A stretch of DNA of 64,000 bases from Candidatus Acidiferrum sp. (GCA_035693365.1 DASSGS010000011.1:11844-75843), one strand, 5' to 3'; counted from the stretch's first letter, positions 10,266-20,400 are shown. Numbers and translations: made by a program. The notes: generated from the letters alone by a model not told the origin.

Positions 10266-11223
10266 TCCGTTACCGGCAAACTGGCAGCCCAAGCCCCCCG
10301 ATGAACCACCGAAGCCGCCTAAGCCACCCATTTCCGAAGGCCAGTGGGGGCTTGCGGGCTTCATATTGTTTCTTTTTCTCTGCAGCATTTCTCTGCGCGT
10401 GGTGTATACGCACAAACTGGAGACCACGGCGGTCATGTTCATCGGGCTTCCAGCCGGGCTTGCCGTCTTCATGAGCCTGCTGCCGCGAAGCAAGAGCGCC
10501 CTCGGCGCGGCCATGAAGGGGACCACAATTGGATTGCTCATCTCAGCAGTGCTTTTTGGCGAAGGCATTATCTGCGTGCTGATGGCGGCGCCAATCGCCT
10601 ACTTCATCGCGGCGCTGGTCGGCGGCATTACGGATGCATCGAGAAAAGCGCAGCATCCGGGCGCGCAATGCTTCATCTGGATCGTTGCCGCGGTGATGAG
10701 TTTTGAAGGGACGTCCGCAAAACTTTCGCTTTCGCGCGACGAAGAGGTTCGAGTGGAGCGAATCGTTTCCGCTACCCCTGCGCAAATAGAAAGCGCGCTT
10801 GCGGCGACGCCTGCCTTTCGCACCAGGCTTCCGTTGTATTTCCGGATGGGTTTCCCGAAGCCTGTGGAAGCACGAGGCAGCGGCCTAAAAGTGGGGGATC
10901 AACGAGTGATTCATTTCGCGGGCGGCGAAGGGCATCCCGGCGACGAAGTGTTTCACGTGGCGGCGCGCGGCAACTCTTCGGTGACGTTCCAACCCGAGAC
11001 CGACACCAGCCACATCGCGCACTGGCTGAAATGGAAAGAGTCGGTCGTCGAGTGGGCGCCCGTGGATGCCACCCATTCGCGTGTGGCCTGGACGTTGCGG
11101 TTTCGCCGCGGACTTGATCCCGCGTGGTACTTCCGTCCGTCGGAGCGCTACGGCGCTCGCCTCGCCGCGGGGTACTTGATCGACAACCTGGCCACGCCGC
11201 AGCGCGAAACCGTTGCACACTGA
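10246..11223 (+). CDS. Membrane protein with C-terminal SRPBCC/START-like domain
   Basis: About 5 N-terminal TM helices (EGIICVLMAAP), then FRMGFPKP...DPAWYF SRPBCC-like region; GGAGG RBS before ATG 10246. Confidence 0.65.
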   Translation: MSTLPNNPLPANWQPKPPDEPPKPPKPPISEGQWGLAGFILFLFLCSISLRVVYTHKLETTAVMFIGLPAGLAVFMSLLPRSKSALGAAMKGTTIGLLISAVLFGEGIICVLMAAPIAYFIAALVGGITDASRKAQHPGAQCFIWIVAAVMSFEGTSAKLSLSRDEEVRVERIVSATPAQIESALAATPAFRTRLPLYFRMGFPKPVEARGSGLKVGDQRVIHFAGGEGHPGDEVFHVAARGNSSVTFQPETDTSHIAHWLKWKESVVEWAPVDATHSRVAWTLRFRRGLDPAWYFRPSERYGARLAAGYLIDNLATPQRETVAH

Positions 11224-11228
11224 GCTCG

Positions 11229-12503
11229 ATGCGCCACGCGGCCAATTCGGCGGCTGAAACCGAACTCCGGCGGAAGCACGCCGTCGCCCTTCTGGCTGCG
11301 GCGTGGTCACTTCCTGCCGCCGCGCTCGCCGGTTTTCTCAGCATGAAACTCGATGCCTGGAGCGTTCCTTCCGGCACCCTGCTGGTCCTAGGCTCACCCG
11401 CAATCGTGCTCCTTGATCGAGTGGTTGTGTGGGGATGGGCGTTTGCGTTTTTTGCGGAGCGGGTTTCGCTGGTTCGCCTGGTGTTTTTGGGCGTTCTACT
11501 GGACCTGATGCTGCCTTTGGACAGGGGTTCGCACCACCCGAGCTGGCAATTTCTGTTTGCGGAGGCGCTGGCCGTCGGCCTCTGCCTGTTGCCGGCGCAG
11601 CTCTTCGCGCGGTGGACCCGCGAGCGCAGCCACCTCACCGCTCGAAACTTGATGCACTTGTGTTTTCATAGCGCGCTGCTGCTGGGCGTCTGGCCGCTGC
11701 TGATAACCCAGTTCGTAGGAGGAAATTGGTACGCGTGGGGCGAACGCGCTTCCGCAACGAACAAATTTTATTTGCAGTTTTTAATTTTTCCGTGCGTTTT
11801 TCTGATCACCGCGATGCAGGAGTTTCATTCGGCCGGCAAGGGTACGCCGATGCCGGAGGATGCTCCGCCGCGGTTGGTTACGACCGGCATCTTTTACTAT
11901 GTGGCCAATCCCATGCAGATTGGAAAATTTGGCGTACTTTTTTTCTGGGGACTTTTCTGGAGAAATCCCTGGATTGTGACGGCCGCTTTTCTGGGATTGC
12001 TGTACAGCATCACGATCGCCCGGGCGAGGGAAGACCGCGACATGGCCGCGCGATTCGGAGCGGATTGGACGAACTATCGCCGCAACGTTCGCCGCTGGCT
12101 GCCGCGCTGGCGGCCGTGGATTGCCACTGCCGGGGCGGCCGATTCGGCGGCACTCTATCTCGACCTGGATTGCGGGCCGTGCAGCCACTTCGCCCGTTGG
12201 ATTGCCGCACAGCGCCCAACTCAACTGCGCATCTTACCGCTGGCGGCGCATTTTCCGAGCGCGCTCAGCCGCATTACGTATTGCACCACCGGCGGGGAAC
12301 GCAAGGTCCAAGGGATGCAAGCAATCGCGCGCGCGCTCGATCACGTTAATCTTGCTTGGGCGTTTTGCGGATGGATGCTGCGGCTCCCCTTGATTGGGTG
12401 GATTGCCGAGCTGATCACTGAAGCGGTCAGTCCTGCAGCGCCGGAACATTGCAACGTTTCCGGTGCCGCGACGATTGTTCCTTCTGTCGAAGCTCGCTCC
12501 TGA
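11229..12503 (+). CDS. Fusion: multi-TM PEMT/ICMT-like methyltransferase plus DCC1-like thiol-disulfide (DUF393) domain
   Basis: GKGTPMP..APPRLVTTGIFYYVANPMQ, EDRDMAARFGADWTNYRRNVRRWLPR; C-terminal LYLDLDCGPC. Confidence 0.7.
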   Translation: MRHAANSAAETELRRKHAVALLAAAWSLPAAALAGFLSMKLDAWSVPSGTLLVLGSPAIVLLDRVVVWGWAFAFFAERVSLVRLVFLGVLLDLMLPLDRGSHHPSWQFLFAEALAVGLCLLPAQLFARWTRERSHLTARNLMHLCFHSALLLGVWPLLITQFVGGNWYAWGERASATNKFYLQFLIFPCVFLITAMQEFHSAGKGTPMPEDAPPRLVTTGIFYYVANPMQIGKFGVLFFWGLFWRNPWIVTAAFLGLLYSITIARAREDRDMAARFGADWTNYRRNVRRWLPRWRPWIATAGAADSAALYLDLDCGPCSHFARWIAAQRPTQLRILPLAAHFPSALSRITYCTTGGERKVQGMQAIARALDHVNLAWAFCGWMLRLPLIGWIAELITEAVSPAAPEHCNVSGAATIVPSVEARS

Positions 12504-12599
12504 ATTTTCAAGTTTTTGCCTGCCGGAAATTCTTTTGGGCCGCCCGCGGGCCTCAGTTGCGCGCTGCGGTGGTGCTAGACTATCACCTGGCAATCAATC

Positions 12600-13355
12600 A
12601 TGAACCAGTCCGAGCTGCTGAAAATGCTGGAGGAAATTCACGCCGGTGCGCTTTCACCCGCAAAGGCGGCGGAGCGGCTGAAGCACCTGCCGTTCGAGGA
12701 TATCGGCTTCGCGAAGGTGGACCATCACCGCGCGCTGCGGCAGGGCTACGCGGAAGTGATTTTCGGCAAGGGCAAAATGCCCGCGCAGGTGGCAGAGATT
12801 GTGCGCGCCATGGTTTCAAAGAAAGCTTCGAGCCACAACGTACTGGTCACGCGCGCCGACAAGAAAATATATGCGGCGGTGAAGAGGGTCAGCCGAGCCG
12901 CAAAATTTCATGCGCTTTCGGGCGTGATCAGCATCGAACGAAGCCGGGAAATTTCGGGGAAGGGAACCATTCTTGTAGTTTCCGCGGGCACCAGCGATAT
13001 CCCAGTAGCGGAAGAAGCCGTACTCACCGCACGGATGATGGGCAATCGCGTGGAGCAGCTTTTCGACGTCGGTGTGGCTGGGATTCACCGCTTGCTCGAC
13101 CATCGCAGCGCGCTGACGGAAGCTCGCGTCATCATTTGCGTGGCCGGAATGGAGGGTGCGCTGCCGAGCGTGGTTGGCGGCCTTGTGGGCATTCCGGTCA
13201 TTGCTGTGCCCACCAGCACTGGCTACGGTGCGAGCTTCGGGGGCGTGGCGGCGCTTCTAGGCATGTTGAACTCCTGCGCGTCCAACGTTACCGTCGTCAA
13301 CATTGACAACGGTTTCGGCGCCGCGTGCGTCGCCTCTTGCATCAACCGTCTTTGA
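12600..13355 (+). CDS. larB: Nickel pincer cofactor biosynthesis protein LarB
   Basis: DHHRALRQGYAEVIFGKGK, GTSDIPVAEEA, DVGVAGIHRL, AGMEGALPSV, VNIDNGFGA. Confidence 0.92.
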   Translation: MNQSELLKMLEEIHAGALSPAKAAERLKHLPFEDIGFAKVDHHRALRQGYAEVIFGKGKMPAQVAEIVRAMVSKKASSHNVLVTRADKKIYAAVKRVSRAAKFHALSGVISIERSREISGKGTILVVSAGTSDIPVAEEAVLTARMMGNRVEQLFDVGVAGIHRLLDHRSALTEARVIICVAGMEGALPSVVGGLVGIPVIAVPTSTGYGASFGGVAALLGMLNSCASNVTVVNIDNGFGAACVASCINRL

Positions 13356-14369
13356 TTAATTGTTTTTCAACAACACTTTCAGTACGCCGCGTTGCTGTGC
13401 ATGCTTGATGGCCGCGGGCGCATCTTTCAGCTCAAACGTGCGGGAGATCAGCGGCGTGGGATCGACTTTGCCGGAGCGGAGCAACGTAATCGCTTTCGCA
13501 AACGGTCCGCAACGCGAGCCGACGACGGTGATTTCCTTCACAACGATGGGCCAGGTTTCGACAGGCGCAGCGCCGTGAAACGTGGATTTCAGCAGGAGCG
13601 TGCCGCGCGGCTCGGTCATTCTTTGCGCTAACGCCAAGCCCATCGGAGAACCTGTTGCTTCCACAACCAGCCGGTAACTTTCTTTCACTCGCGTCAGATC
13701 GCTCACGTCGCCCCGGACTCGTTTCGTTGTGATGCCGACAAGCCGTGCCAGCGCGAGCTTGCTTCGATGTTTTCCGTATAACACAACGCGCGTACCTACC
13801 GCTCGCAGCACCATGGCGATTAGTTGCGCGAGCTTCCCGTCTCCCAGAACCGCTGCGGTGCGAAACTTTCTAATGTCGATTTGATCCAGAATCTGGCACG
13901 CCGCGGCCAGCGGTTCGATGAAGACGGCCTTTTGGTCGCTGACGCCGGGGGGCACAAAATGCAGATTTTCAACCGGCAGGGCAAGATATTCCGCGAAGGC
14001 TCCGTCGTGCGCCACAATGCCCAGGACAGTCCGGCGAGCGCAGTGGGTCTTCAGCCCGCGCTTGCAAAAATCGCACAACGGCCGGAATCCGTAGGCCACG
14101 CAGCCGACATTGATTTCGCCCGCCACGCGTTTGCCTACCCAGCGCTTGCTTGCCGCCGGGGAAACGCCCGCGACGTTTACGACATCGCCGACAAACTCGT
14201 GCCCCGGCGTGCCGTGGAATGCATGGTAGCCGCGCAAGATTTCCACGTCGGTGTTGCAGATTCCCGCCAGCCGCACGCGAACCAGCGCCCAGCCGGGCCG
14301 CAGCTTGGGAAGCGGCTTGCGCACCTCGGCCAGCTTTTTGCCGCGCACCACAAAGCTGCGCATCTTCAT
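13356..14369 (-). CDS. Zn-dependent alcohol dehydrogenase (MDR family)
   Basis: GICNTD, GHEFVG, structural Zn cysteines, EPLAA, GDGKL, GSRCGPF. Confidence 0.88.
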   Translation of the reverse strand: MKMRSFVVRGKKLAEVRKPLPKLRPGWALVRVRLAGICNTDVEILRGYHAFHGTPGHEFVGDVVNVAGVSPAASKRWVGKRVAGEINVGCVAYGFRPLCDFCKRGLKTHCARRTVLGIVAHDGAFAEYLALPVENLHFVPPGVSDQKAVFIEPLAAACQILDQIDIRKFRTAAVLGDGKLAQLIAMVLRAVGTRVVLYGKHRSKLALARLVGITTKRVRGDVSDLTRVKESYRLVVEATGSPMGLALAQRMTEPRGTLLLKSTFHGAAPVETWPIVVKEITVVGSRCGPFAKAITLLRSGKVDPTPLISRTFELKDAPAAIKHAQQRGVLKVLLKNN

Positions 14370-14412
14370 TTTATTTTTCGGATTCAACAACCGCACTCTG
14401 CCTCCGTAAAGG

Positions 14413-14525
14413 TGTCGTCCTGAGGCTATCCGATAAGGATAGCCGAAGGATCTCAACACCAATGTGCAGGAAATAGTATGAGTTGAGATCCTTCGGGTGC
14501 AGAAGGCGCACCCATCAGGATGACA
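14413..14525. repeat. Inverted pair of TGTC(A/G)TCCTGAG...CGAAGGATCTCAAC structured repeats
   Basis: Copy 1 at 14413-14457, inverted copy 2 at 14482-14525; each holds a different internal hairpin. Confidence 0.8.
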
Positions 14526-14578
14526 AATGTCGTTGAGGCTCGGCTGATAGAAAAATTGCGAGTCAATTAAGGCAAATT

Positions 14579-15997
14579 TTAGCGCAGGGCGCAGACCAGC
14601 GCTTCCGCGAGCGCAGCTTCCTGGTCAGGAAAAACGGTGCGCAAATCAATCAGCAGCAGGTCGTCTTCAATCCGCGCGATCACGGGCGCCGCACCCGTTC
14701 TCAGCCGAAGTTCCAAATCGCTGGCGGAATGGCGCGCGCTGGCGATGCGCAAGACTTTCGTCGGCAGGGATTGTGCGGGTGTCGAACCTCCGCCTACCAG
14801 GGATTGGCCGTCCGCAATTTCGATCTCGGCATCGGCAATTCTTGCCGGCAGCTTTTTGAAAAAGGCGTCGGTGCGGCGCGAAATTTCTTCCAAGCTCGTC
14901 TGCATCATTCTCAGCGCGGGAATTTCGGTCCACGCCCCGCGAAGATAGGCGCGCAACGTCACTTCCATTGCGGCAATCGTGAGCTTGTCCACGCGCAGGG
15001 CGCGGAACAGCGGATGCCGCCGGACTTTCTGCACCAACTCCTGTTTCCCGGCGATGATGCCTGCCTGCGGACCGCCCAGCATCTTGTCGCCGCTGAAGAG
15101 CACCAGGGAAAATCCCGCCTCCACGCTTTCCCGGACTGTCGGTTCGCTGATTCCCGCCGGCGAAAGATCCACCAGGCAGCCGGAGCCCAGATCCTCGACC
15201 ACGGGAAGGCGGTTGCGTTTCCCTAAGGCGATTAAGTCCTCCATGATCGGCTTTTCCGTGAATCCAGAAACCGTGAAATTCGAAGGATGCACGCGCAGAA
15301 TCACGCGGGTTTTTTCGTTGATGGCGTTTTCGTAATCGGCAATTCGGGTGCGATTCGTGGTGCCCACTTCGCGGAGCACCGCGCCGCTCTGCTCCATGAT
15401 TTCCGGGATGCGGAAGCCGTCGCCGATTTCGATCAGCTCGCCGCGCGAAACGATCACTTCGCCGCCCCGTGCCAGCGCTGCGAGCGTCACCAGCACCGCC
15501 GCCGCGCAGTTGTTCACCACAATCGCCGCTTCGGCGCCGGTCAGCCGCTCGATCAGGCTCGAGGTGTGCACATCGCGCTTTCCGCGCGCGCCTTCCGCTA
15601 CGTCATATTCCAGGTTCGAATATTGGGTCGCGCTCTGCCGAAATTCCTCCAGAACGGCGGCCGCCAAGGGCGCGCGCCCCAGGTTGGTGTGCAGAATCAC
15701 TCCCGAGGCATTGATCACGCCGCGCAGCGAAGGCGCAAGCGCTCGTTCGACGCTTTGCACCACGCGCAATTCAACCGCTTCCGCCTCAAGTCCGGCTTCT
15801 TCCTGCGGGGCACCGGAAACGATTTCCCGGCGAAGTTGCGCCAGTTCGCCGCGGATCGCCTCCACCAGGAATCCGCGTTCCACCGTCCGGCCCAAATCCA
15901 TCACCTGTGGCCGCAGGAGCAATTCATCCACGGAAGGCAGCCGGCGCAGCAGCATGGTCTGGTCCGCACCGGCAGCCGGTTTTGCTTTTTCCGCCAT
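14579..15997 (-). CDS. selA: L-seryl-tRNA(Sec) selenium transferase
   Basis: INASGVILHTNLGRAPL, VSRGELIEIGDGFRIPE, EVGTTNRT, FSGDKMLGGPQAG, RALRVDK. Confidence 0.95.
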   Translation of the reverse strand: MAEKAKPAAGADQTMLLRRLPSVDELLLRPQVMDLGRTVERGFLVEAIRGELAQLRREIVSGAPQEEAGLEAEAVELRVVQSVERALAPSLRGVINASGVILHTNLGRAPLAAAVLEEFRQSATQYSNLEYDVAEGARGKRDVHTSSLIERLTGAEAAIVVNNCAAAVLVTLAALARGGEVIVSRGELIEIGDGFRIPEIMEQSGAVLREVGTTNRTRIADYENAINEKTRVILRVHPSNFTVSGFTEKPIMEDLIALGKRNRLPVVEDLGSGCLVDLSPAGISEPTVRESVEAGFSLVLFSGDKMLGGPQAGIIAGKQELVQKVRRHPLFRALRVDKLTIAAMEVTLRAYLRGAWTEIPALRMMQTSLEEISRRTDAFFKKLPARIADAEIEIADGQSLVGGGSTPAQSLPTKVLRIASARHSASDLELRLRTGAAPVIARIEDDLLLIDLRTVFPDQEAALAEALVCALR

Positions 15998-16159
15998 GCC
16001 GCCATTGGAGCACAGCAGGGAATCGCCCCGCAATTGGCAACTGCGCGAACGGGCAGGCCGGGCGCTTTGGGCCGTTGTTTCATGCGCATCGCCGCGCCGC
16101 TCCGGCGTTGACGTCCGCTCGATACGCTCCTACGATGAACTCTCGGGGATTTCCATCTC

Positions 16160-16768
16160 ATGGCCACCATTGACGAGGATCTCTCGGCACTCGAGCGCGA
16201 CATCCGCCAGCTCAAGATCGAGTACGACATGTATTTCGGCGGCGGCCGCAAGCGCCCTCCCACCGAAATCGAATGGCGCATTGAACTGATCGTGAAGCGC
16301 TACGGCGAGCGCGGCGGCGACATGAAATTCGGGCAGCGCTTCCGGTTCAGCAACCTGGCGCAAACCTACGCCAAGTACAAGGATGTCTTCCGCAAACGGC
16401 TGGCTAACCGCGAAGAAGGCAAGGTGCAGCGTCACTTCGGCGCCGCGGCCAAAGCCATAGAAGCCGAACGCGCCAAGGCGCAAGCCGCCACCGCGGCTGC
16501 GAGCGCCGCCGAGGCCGCGAAGGTTTTCCGGGTGGTTTGCACCGCCCCGGAAAAAGAAGCCGACAAGGTTGAGCAACTCTATGAAGCATTTGTCCGAGCC
16601 AAGAAGGAAGCCGGCGAGGATATGGGCAAAATGACTCGCGCCGGTTTCAACGAGTTCGTCCGCAAAAAGACCAAGGACCTTCAAAGCCAGAAAAACTGCC
16701 ACGAAGTCGAATATGTGGTGGAAACCGTCGAAGGCCAGGTGAAGCTAAAGGCCCTCGTCAAATCCTGA
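16160..16768 (+). CDS. Conserved hypothetical protein (MXAN_5187 C-terminal domain-like)
   Basis: LKIEYDMYFGGGRKRPP, RFRFSNL, C-terminal VEGQVKLKA; strong codon bias. Confidence 0.7.
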   Translation: MATIDEDLSALERDIRQLKIEYDMYFGGGRKRPPTEIEWRIELIVKRYGERGGDMKFGQRFRFSNLAQTYAKYKDVFRKRLANREEGKVQRHFGAAAKAIEAERAKAQAATAAASAAEAAKVFRVVCTAPEKEADKVEQLYEAFVRAKKEAGEDMGKMTRAGFNEFVRKKTKDLQSQKNCHEVEYVVETVEGQVKLKALVKS

Positions 16769-16859
16769 ATTTCCCTCCAGATTTTTCCCACAGGTCTGGG
16801 TTTCCGGTTTCTTGCGCCTCCGCGTAAACTGGTAGGTCCTTTACCGCATTGGAGGCGAC

Positions 16860-18431
16860 ATGGCTGTGGAGCGCGCGCTGCTCAGCGTATTCGACAAAAC
16901 CGGGATCGTGGAATTTGCCCGCAAGCTGGCGGCCTTGAGGATCGAAATTCTTTCGACTGGCGGCACATCGAAACTCCTGCGTGAAGCCGGGGTGCCGGTG
17001 AAAGACGTTTCTGACTTCACCAACTGGCCGGAAATGCTCGGCGGCCGAGTGAAGACACTGCATCCCAAAGTGCATGGAGGCCTGCTCTATCGCCGCCACA
17101 ATCCTGACGACCTGAAACAGGCGAAAGAGCACGGCATTACCCCGATCGATCTGGTGGTCGTGAATCTCTATCCCTTTGAAGCGACAGCCGCGAAAGAATA
17201 TCTCCCGCCCGATGAACTGATCGAAAACATTGATATCGGCGGCCCGACGATGCTGCGCTCGGCGGCGAAGAATTTCGAAAGCGTAACGGTTATCACCGAC
17301 CCCGCGGACTACGAGCGCATCGCCAAGGAACTTGAAACCAGGGGGGACACCTCGCTGGCCACGCGTCTGGACCTGGCGCGCAAAGTTTTCGGCGCCACTT
17401 CACGCTACGACAGCGTGATCACCATGAACCTCGAACGCCTGGCTGTCCACGGTGAAAAACTGGAAATTCAGCAGAAGGCCCCGCTCACGGAGCGCGTTTA
17501 CATCACGCTGCGGCGCAAACAGGAATTGCGTTATGGAGAAAATCCGCACCAGGCCGCGGCGCTTTACATTCCCGCAGGGCATCGCGCCACGGGGTTAGCG
17601 GCGGCGAAGCAACTTCAGGGCAAGGAACTCTCGTACAACAACTACGTGGATCTGGAATCCGCGCGCAGCCTGGTGGCCGAATTCGAAGGGCCGGCGGCCG
17701 TGATCATCAAGCACAACAATCCTTGCGGCGCCGCGGAGCAGTCCACCCTGCTGGACGCCTACACGAAAGCGCTGGCCAGCGACCCCGTCTCCGCATTTGG
17801 CGGCGTGCTGGCGTTCAATCACATTGTGGACGCGCTGACCGCCGAGGAAGTCGCAAAGCTTTTTGTGGAGTGCATCGTCGCTCCGGGCTTTGCCGATCGC
17901 GCGCAGGAAATCTTTGCGGCCAAGAAAAATCTGCGGCTGCTGCTGCTGCCGCAGGGCGGACTGGATCACGACAAGGAATTACAGATGAAGAGGATTCTGG
18001 GCGGGATGCTGATCCAGCAGCCAGATCTTGGCAATCTGAATGACAAAGAGCTGAAAGTCGTTACGAAGCGAGAGCCGACCGCCGCCGAACTCGCCGACCT
18101 GAAATTCGCCTGGAAAATCTGCAAGCACGTGAAGTCGAATGCCATCGTTTTCGCGAAGGACCGCGCGACGCTGGGCGTCGGCGCGGGACAGATGAGCCGC
18201 GTCGATTCCGTGAAAATCGCGGTGATGAAAGCGCAAAATCCCCTGCAGGGAACGGCCGTCGCCTCCGACGCATTTTTCCCGTTCCCCGACGGAGTCGAAG
18301 TTGCCGCTGCTGCCGGGGCCACCGCGGTGATTCAGCCGGGCGGCTCGGTAAAAGACTCCGAAGTGATTGCCACAGCCGACCGCCTGGGTTTGGCGATGGT
18401 TTTCACTAATATGCGGCACTTTCTGCACTAA
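16860..18431 (+). CDS. purH: Bifunctional AICAR transformylase/IMP cyclohydrolase
   Basis: RALLSVFDK, GRVKTLHP, LRYGENPHQ, KHNNPCG, ASDAFFPF, RHFLH. Confidence 0.97.
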   Translation: MAVERALLSVFDKTGIVEFARKLAALRIEILSTGGTSKLLREAGVPVKDVSDFTNWPEMLGGRVKTLHPKVHGGLLYRRHNPDDLKQAKEHGITPIDLVVVNLYPFEATAAKEYLPPDELIENIDIGGPTMLRSAAKNFESVTVITDPADYERIAKELETRGDTSLATRLDLARKVFGATSRYDSVITMNLERLAVHGEKLEIQQKAPLTERVYITLRRKQELRYGENPHQAAALYIPAGHRATGLAAAKQLQGKELSYNNYVDLESARSLVAEFEGPAAVIIKHNNPCGAAEQSTLLDAYTKALASDPVSAFGGVLAFNHIVDALTAEEVAKLFVECIVAPGFADRAQEIFAAKKNLRLLLLPQGGLDHDKELQMKRILGGMLIQQPDLGNLNDKELKVVTKREPTAAELADLKFAWKICKHVKSNAIVFAKDRATLGVGAGQMSRVDSVKIAVMKAQNPLQGTAVASDAFFPFPDGVEVAAAAGATAVIQPGGSVKDSEVIATADRLGLAMVFTNMRHFLH

Positions 18432-18433
18432 AG

Positions 18434-18473
18434 AGGCTGGGAAAGCCAATCGGGAGATTGGCGTTTCCAGCCT
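18434..18473. terminator. Hairpin between convergent purH and arsC; related to the hairpin at 3524-3565
   Basis: AGGCTGGGAAAGCCAATC-GGGA-GATTGGCGTTTCCAGCCT inverted repeat. Confidence 0.55.
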
Positions 18474-18522
18474 GCCGCGCTCTCTGTATTGAAACTGTCC
18501 ATCTCCAAATTCCTGACAGAGT

Positions 18523-19014
18523 CTATTCTCGGCCGATGCGATCGACTTCCTTTTTCACAGCCAGTGAGTCCAACTTTTCCATTGGCAAACTCAGGAAGAG
18601 ATCAATTCGGCGTCCCATGGTGACGAAGGCGTCGCGAAACGCCCAGGCGATTTCGTCGGGTGAACCCGCCACGGCCGCGGGATCGGGAATTCCCCAGTGC
18701 GCGGTGACGGGTTGGCCTGGCCATACCGGGCAAATCTCCGCGGCAGCCGAGTCGCAGACCGTAAAGACAAATTGCATTTGCGGAGCACCGGGCCTCGCGA
18801 ACTCATCCCAACTCTTGCTGCGCAATTCATCGACCGGCAAGCCCGCCGATTCCAGTTGCTTCAAGGCATAGGGATGGACGCGACCGGCAGGATGGCTACC
18901 CGCGCTGAAGGCGTGGAAATTCGGCCGGCCACGGCGATTCAAGATCGCTTCGCCCAGAATTGATCGCGCGGAATTACCGGTGCAAAGGAATAGGACGTTG
19001 TAGTGCTTCTGCAT
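18523..19014 (-). CDS. arsC: Arsenate reductase, LMW-PTP type
   Basis: LFLCTGNSARS, SKSWDEF, TVCD..AAEICPVWPG, HWGIPDP; in ars operon. Confidence 0.92.
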   Translation of the reverse strand: MQKHYNVLFLCTGNSARSILGEAILNRRGRPNFHAFSAGSHPAGRVHPYALKQLESAGLPVDELRSKSWDEFARPGAPQMQFVFTVCDSAAAEICPVWPGQPVTAHWGIPDPAAVAGSPDEIAWAFRDAFVTMGRRIDLFLSLPMEKLDSLAVKKEVDRIGRE

Positions 19015-19025
19015 GGCGAGAGAAT

Positions 19026-19874
19026 TCAGTTGCAGCAGGCCGGGCCGCAACAGGACCCGGCTCCGGGCTTGGTGGCGCGAAGAAACGCGCTCATGAACTT
19101 ATCCTTGACCAGCGGGCCAACTTTTTCCGCGTCGAATCCCGCCGCTTGCAGAAATTCCCGAGCTTCTTCCACCTGGTAAACGCGCGTCGGCTCGACTTCG
19201 ATCCCGCCAAATCCCGCCGTATTCAGCTTGTCCACGTACTCGGTTTCCTGCAGCGCGCCGGCGATGCAGCCCACCCACAACTCCATGCTCTTGCGGATTT
19301 CGGCCGGAACTTCGCCGCGCAGGACCACGTCGGAAACCGCTAGCCGCCCTCCCGGTTTCAAAACGCGAAAGGCCTCGCGCAGCACGCGGTCCTTGTCGCC
19401 CGAAAGATTGATCACGCAATTGGAAATGATCACGTCCACCGTGTTGTCGGGCAGGGGAATATTTTCGATCGTGCCTTTCAGAAACTCCACATTCTCCACG
19501 CCGGCCTTGCGCTGATTTTCCCGCGCTAGCGCCAGCATCTCATCCGTCATATCCAGACCATACGCCTTGCCGGTTGGCCCAACGCGCCGGGCCGACAATA
19601 GAACGTCGATGCCGCCGCCGGAGCCGAGATCGAGAACCACTTCACCCGGCTGCAATTTCGCCAACGCCGTGGGATTTCCGCAACCCAGCGACGCGGCCAC
19701 CGCTTCCGCGGGCAAGCTTCCTTTCTCTGCATCGCCATAAAGATTTCGCGTGATCGGGTCGCAGCCGCTCAAAGAGGCTCCGCCGCCGCAACAAGCAGTC
19801 TTGCCTTCGGCAACCTGTTTGGCCGCCGCGCCGTATTTTTCCTTGACCACTTCCTGGATGTTGGATTCGCTCAT
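19026..19874 (-). CDS. arsM: Arsenite S-adenosylmethyltransferase
   Basis: [35 protein letters not shown]; Cys pairs at both termini. Confidence 0.93.
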   Translation of the reverse strand: MSESNIQEVVKEKYGAAAKQVAEGKTACCGGGASLSGCDPITRNLYGDAEKGSLPAEAVAASLGCGNPTALAKLQPGEVVLDLGSGGGIDVLLSARRVGPTGKAYGLDMTDEMLALARENQRKAGVENVEFLKGTIENIPLPDNTVDVIISNCVINLSGDKDRVLREAFRVLKPGGRLAVSDVVLRGEVPAEIRKSMELWVGCIAGALQETEYVDKLNTAGFGGIEVEPTRVYQVEEAREFLQAAGFDAEKVGPLVKDKFMSAFLRATKPGAGSCCGPACCN

Positions 19875-19891
19875 AATCGATTTCTCCGAAA

Positions 19892-20236
19892 TTATTTCGA
19901 AATTTGCACAAAATCTTCCGCGGATACCGCGCGGTTCCGGGTGCAGCATTCTTCGTAAAGGAAGCCAAGCACTTCGCGCAGCGCGTCGGTGTTCGCCGTG
20001 TACCACAGAAAGGTACCGGCGCGGCGCACATCCAGCAGCCCAACCTGCCGCAATTTTTCCAGGTGGTGAGACAACGTCGATGCAGGAATCCCCAACTCTT
20101 CCTGAATCTCTCCCGCGACCATCCCCGTCGGGTGCGCAGAGAGCAGCAAGCGCACAATCTGGAGCCGGGGTTCGGCGCCAATGGCGGAAAAGCGGTCGGC
20201 GCAGCGGGTAACCAGGAGTGGGTCGGCCTTCCTCAT
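19892..20236 (-). CDS. arsR: ArsR/SmtB family repressor
   Basis: EPRLQIVRLL, IPASTLSHHLEKL, C-terminal EECC. Confidence 0.92.
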   Translation of the reverse strand: MRKADPLLVTRCADRFSAIGAEPRLQIVRLLLSAHPTGMVAGEIQEELGIPASTLSHHLEKLRQVGLLDVRRAGTFLWYTANTDALREVLGFLYEECCTRNRAVSAEDFVQISK

Positions 20237-20271
20237 ATTTCGATAATTGCAGAAATACGGAAGCGTGTCAA
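20236..20271 (-). promoter_or_regulatory. ars promoter and ArsR operator
   Basis: Minus strand TTGACA-17 bp-AATTAT-6 nt-ATG; imperfect palindrome TATTTCtgcaattatcGAAATA. Confidence 0.7.
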
Positions 20272-20400
20272 CCCTTTTTTCCCGGAAACCCACTCCCCCG
20301 GTTGCGCATCCTAATCTACGTGCGCGAATTTCTTCGAAACGCCCTCCCTTTTCGCTTTTGACCGCGTTTCCATCGCATGGGATACTGAAAAACGAACTCT

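Noticed and set aside
16769-16859. ZMP/ZTP riboswitch upstream of purH
   Set aside because: A GCCTCC/GGAGGC pairing exists but the GACTGG and GCCTGGGC signatures are absent, and a -10 box lies within the stretch
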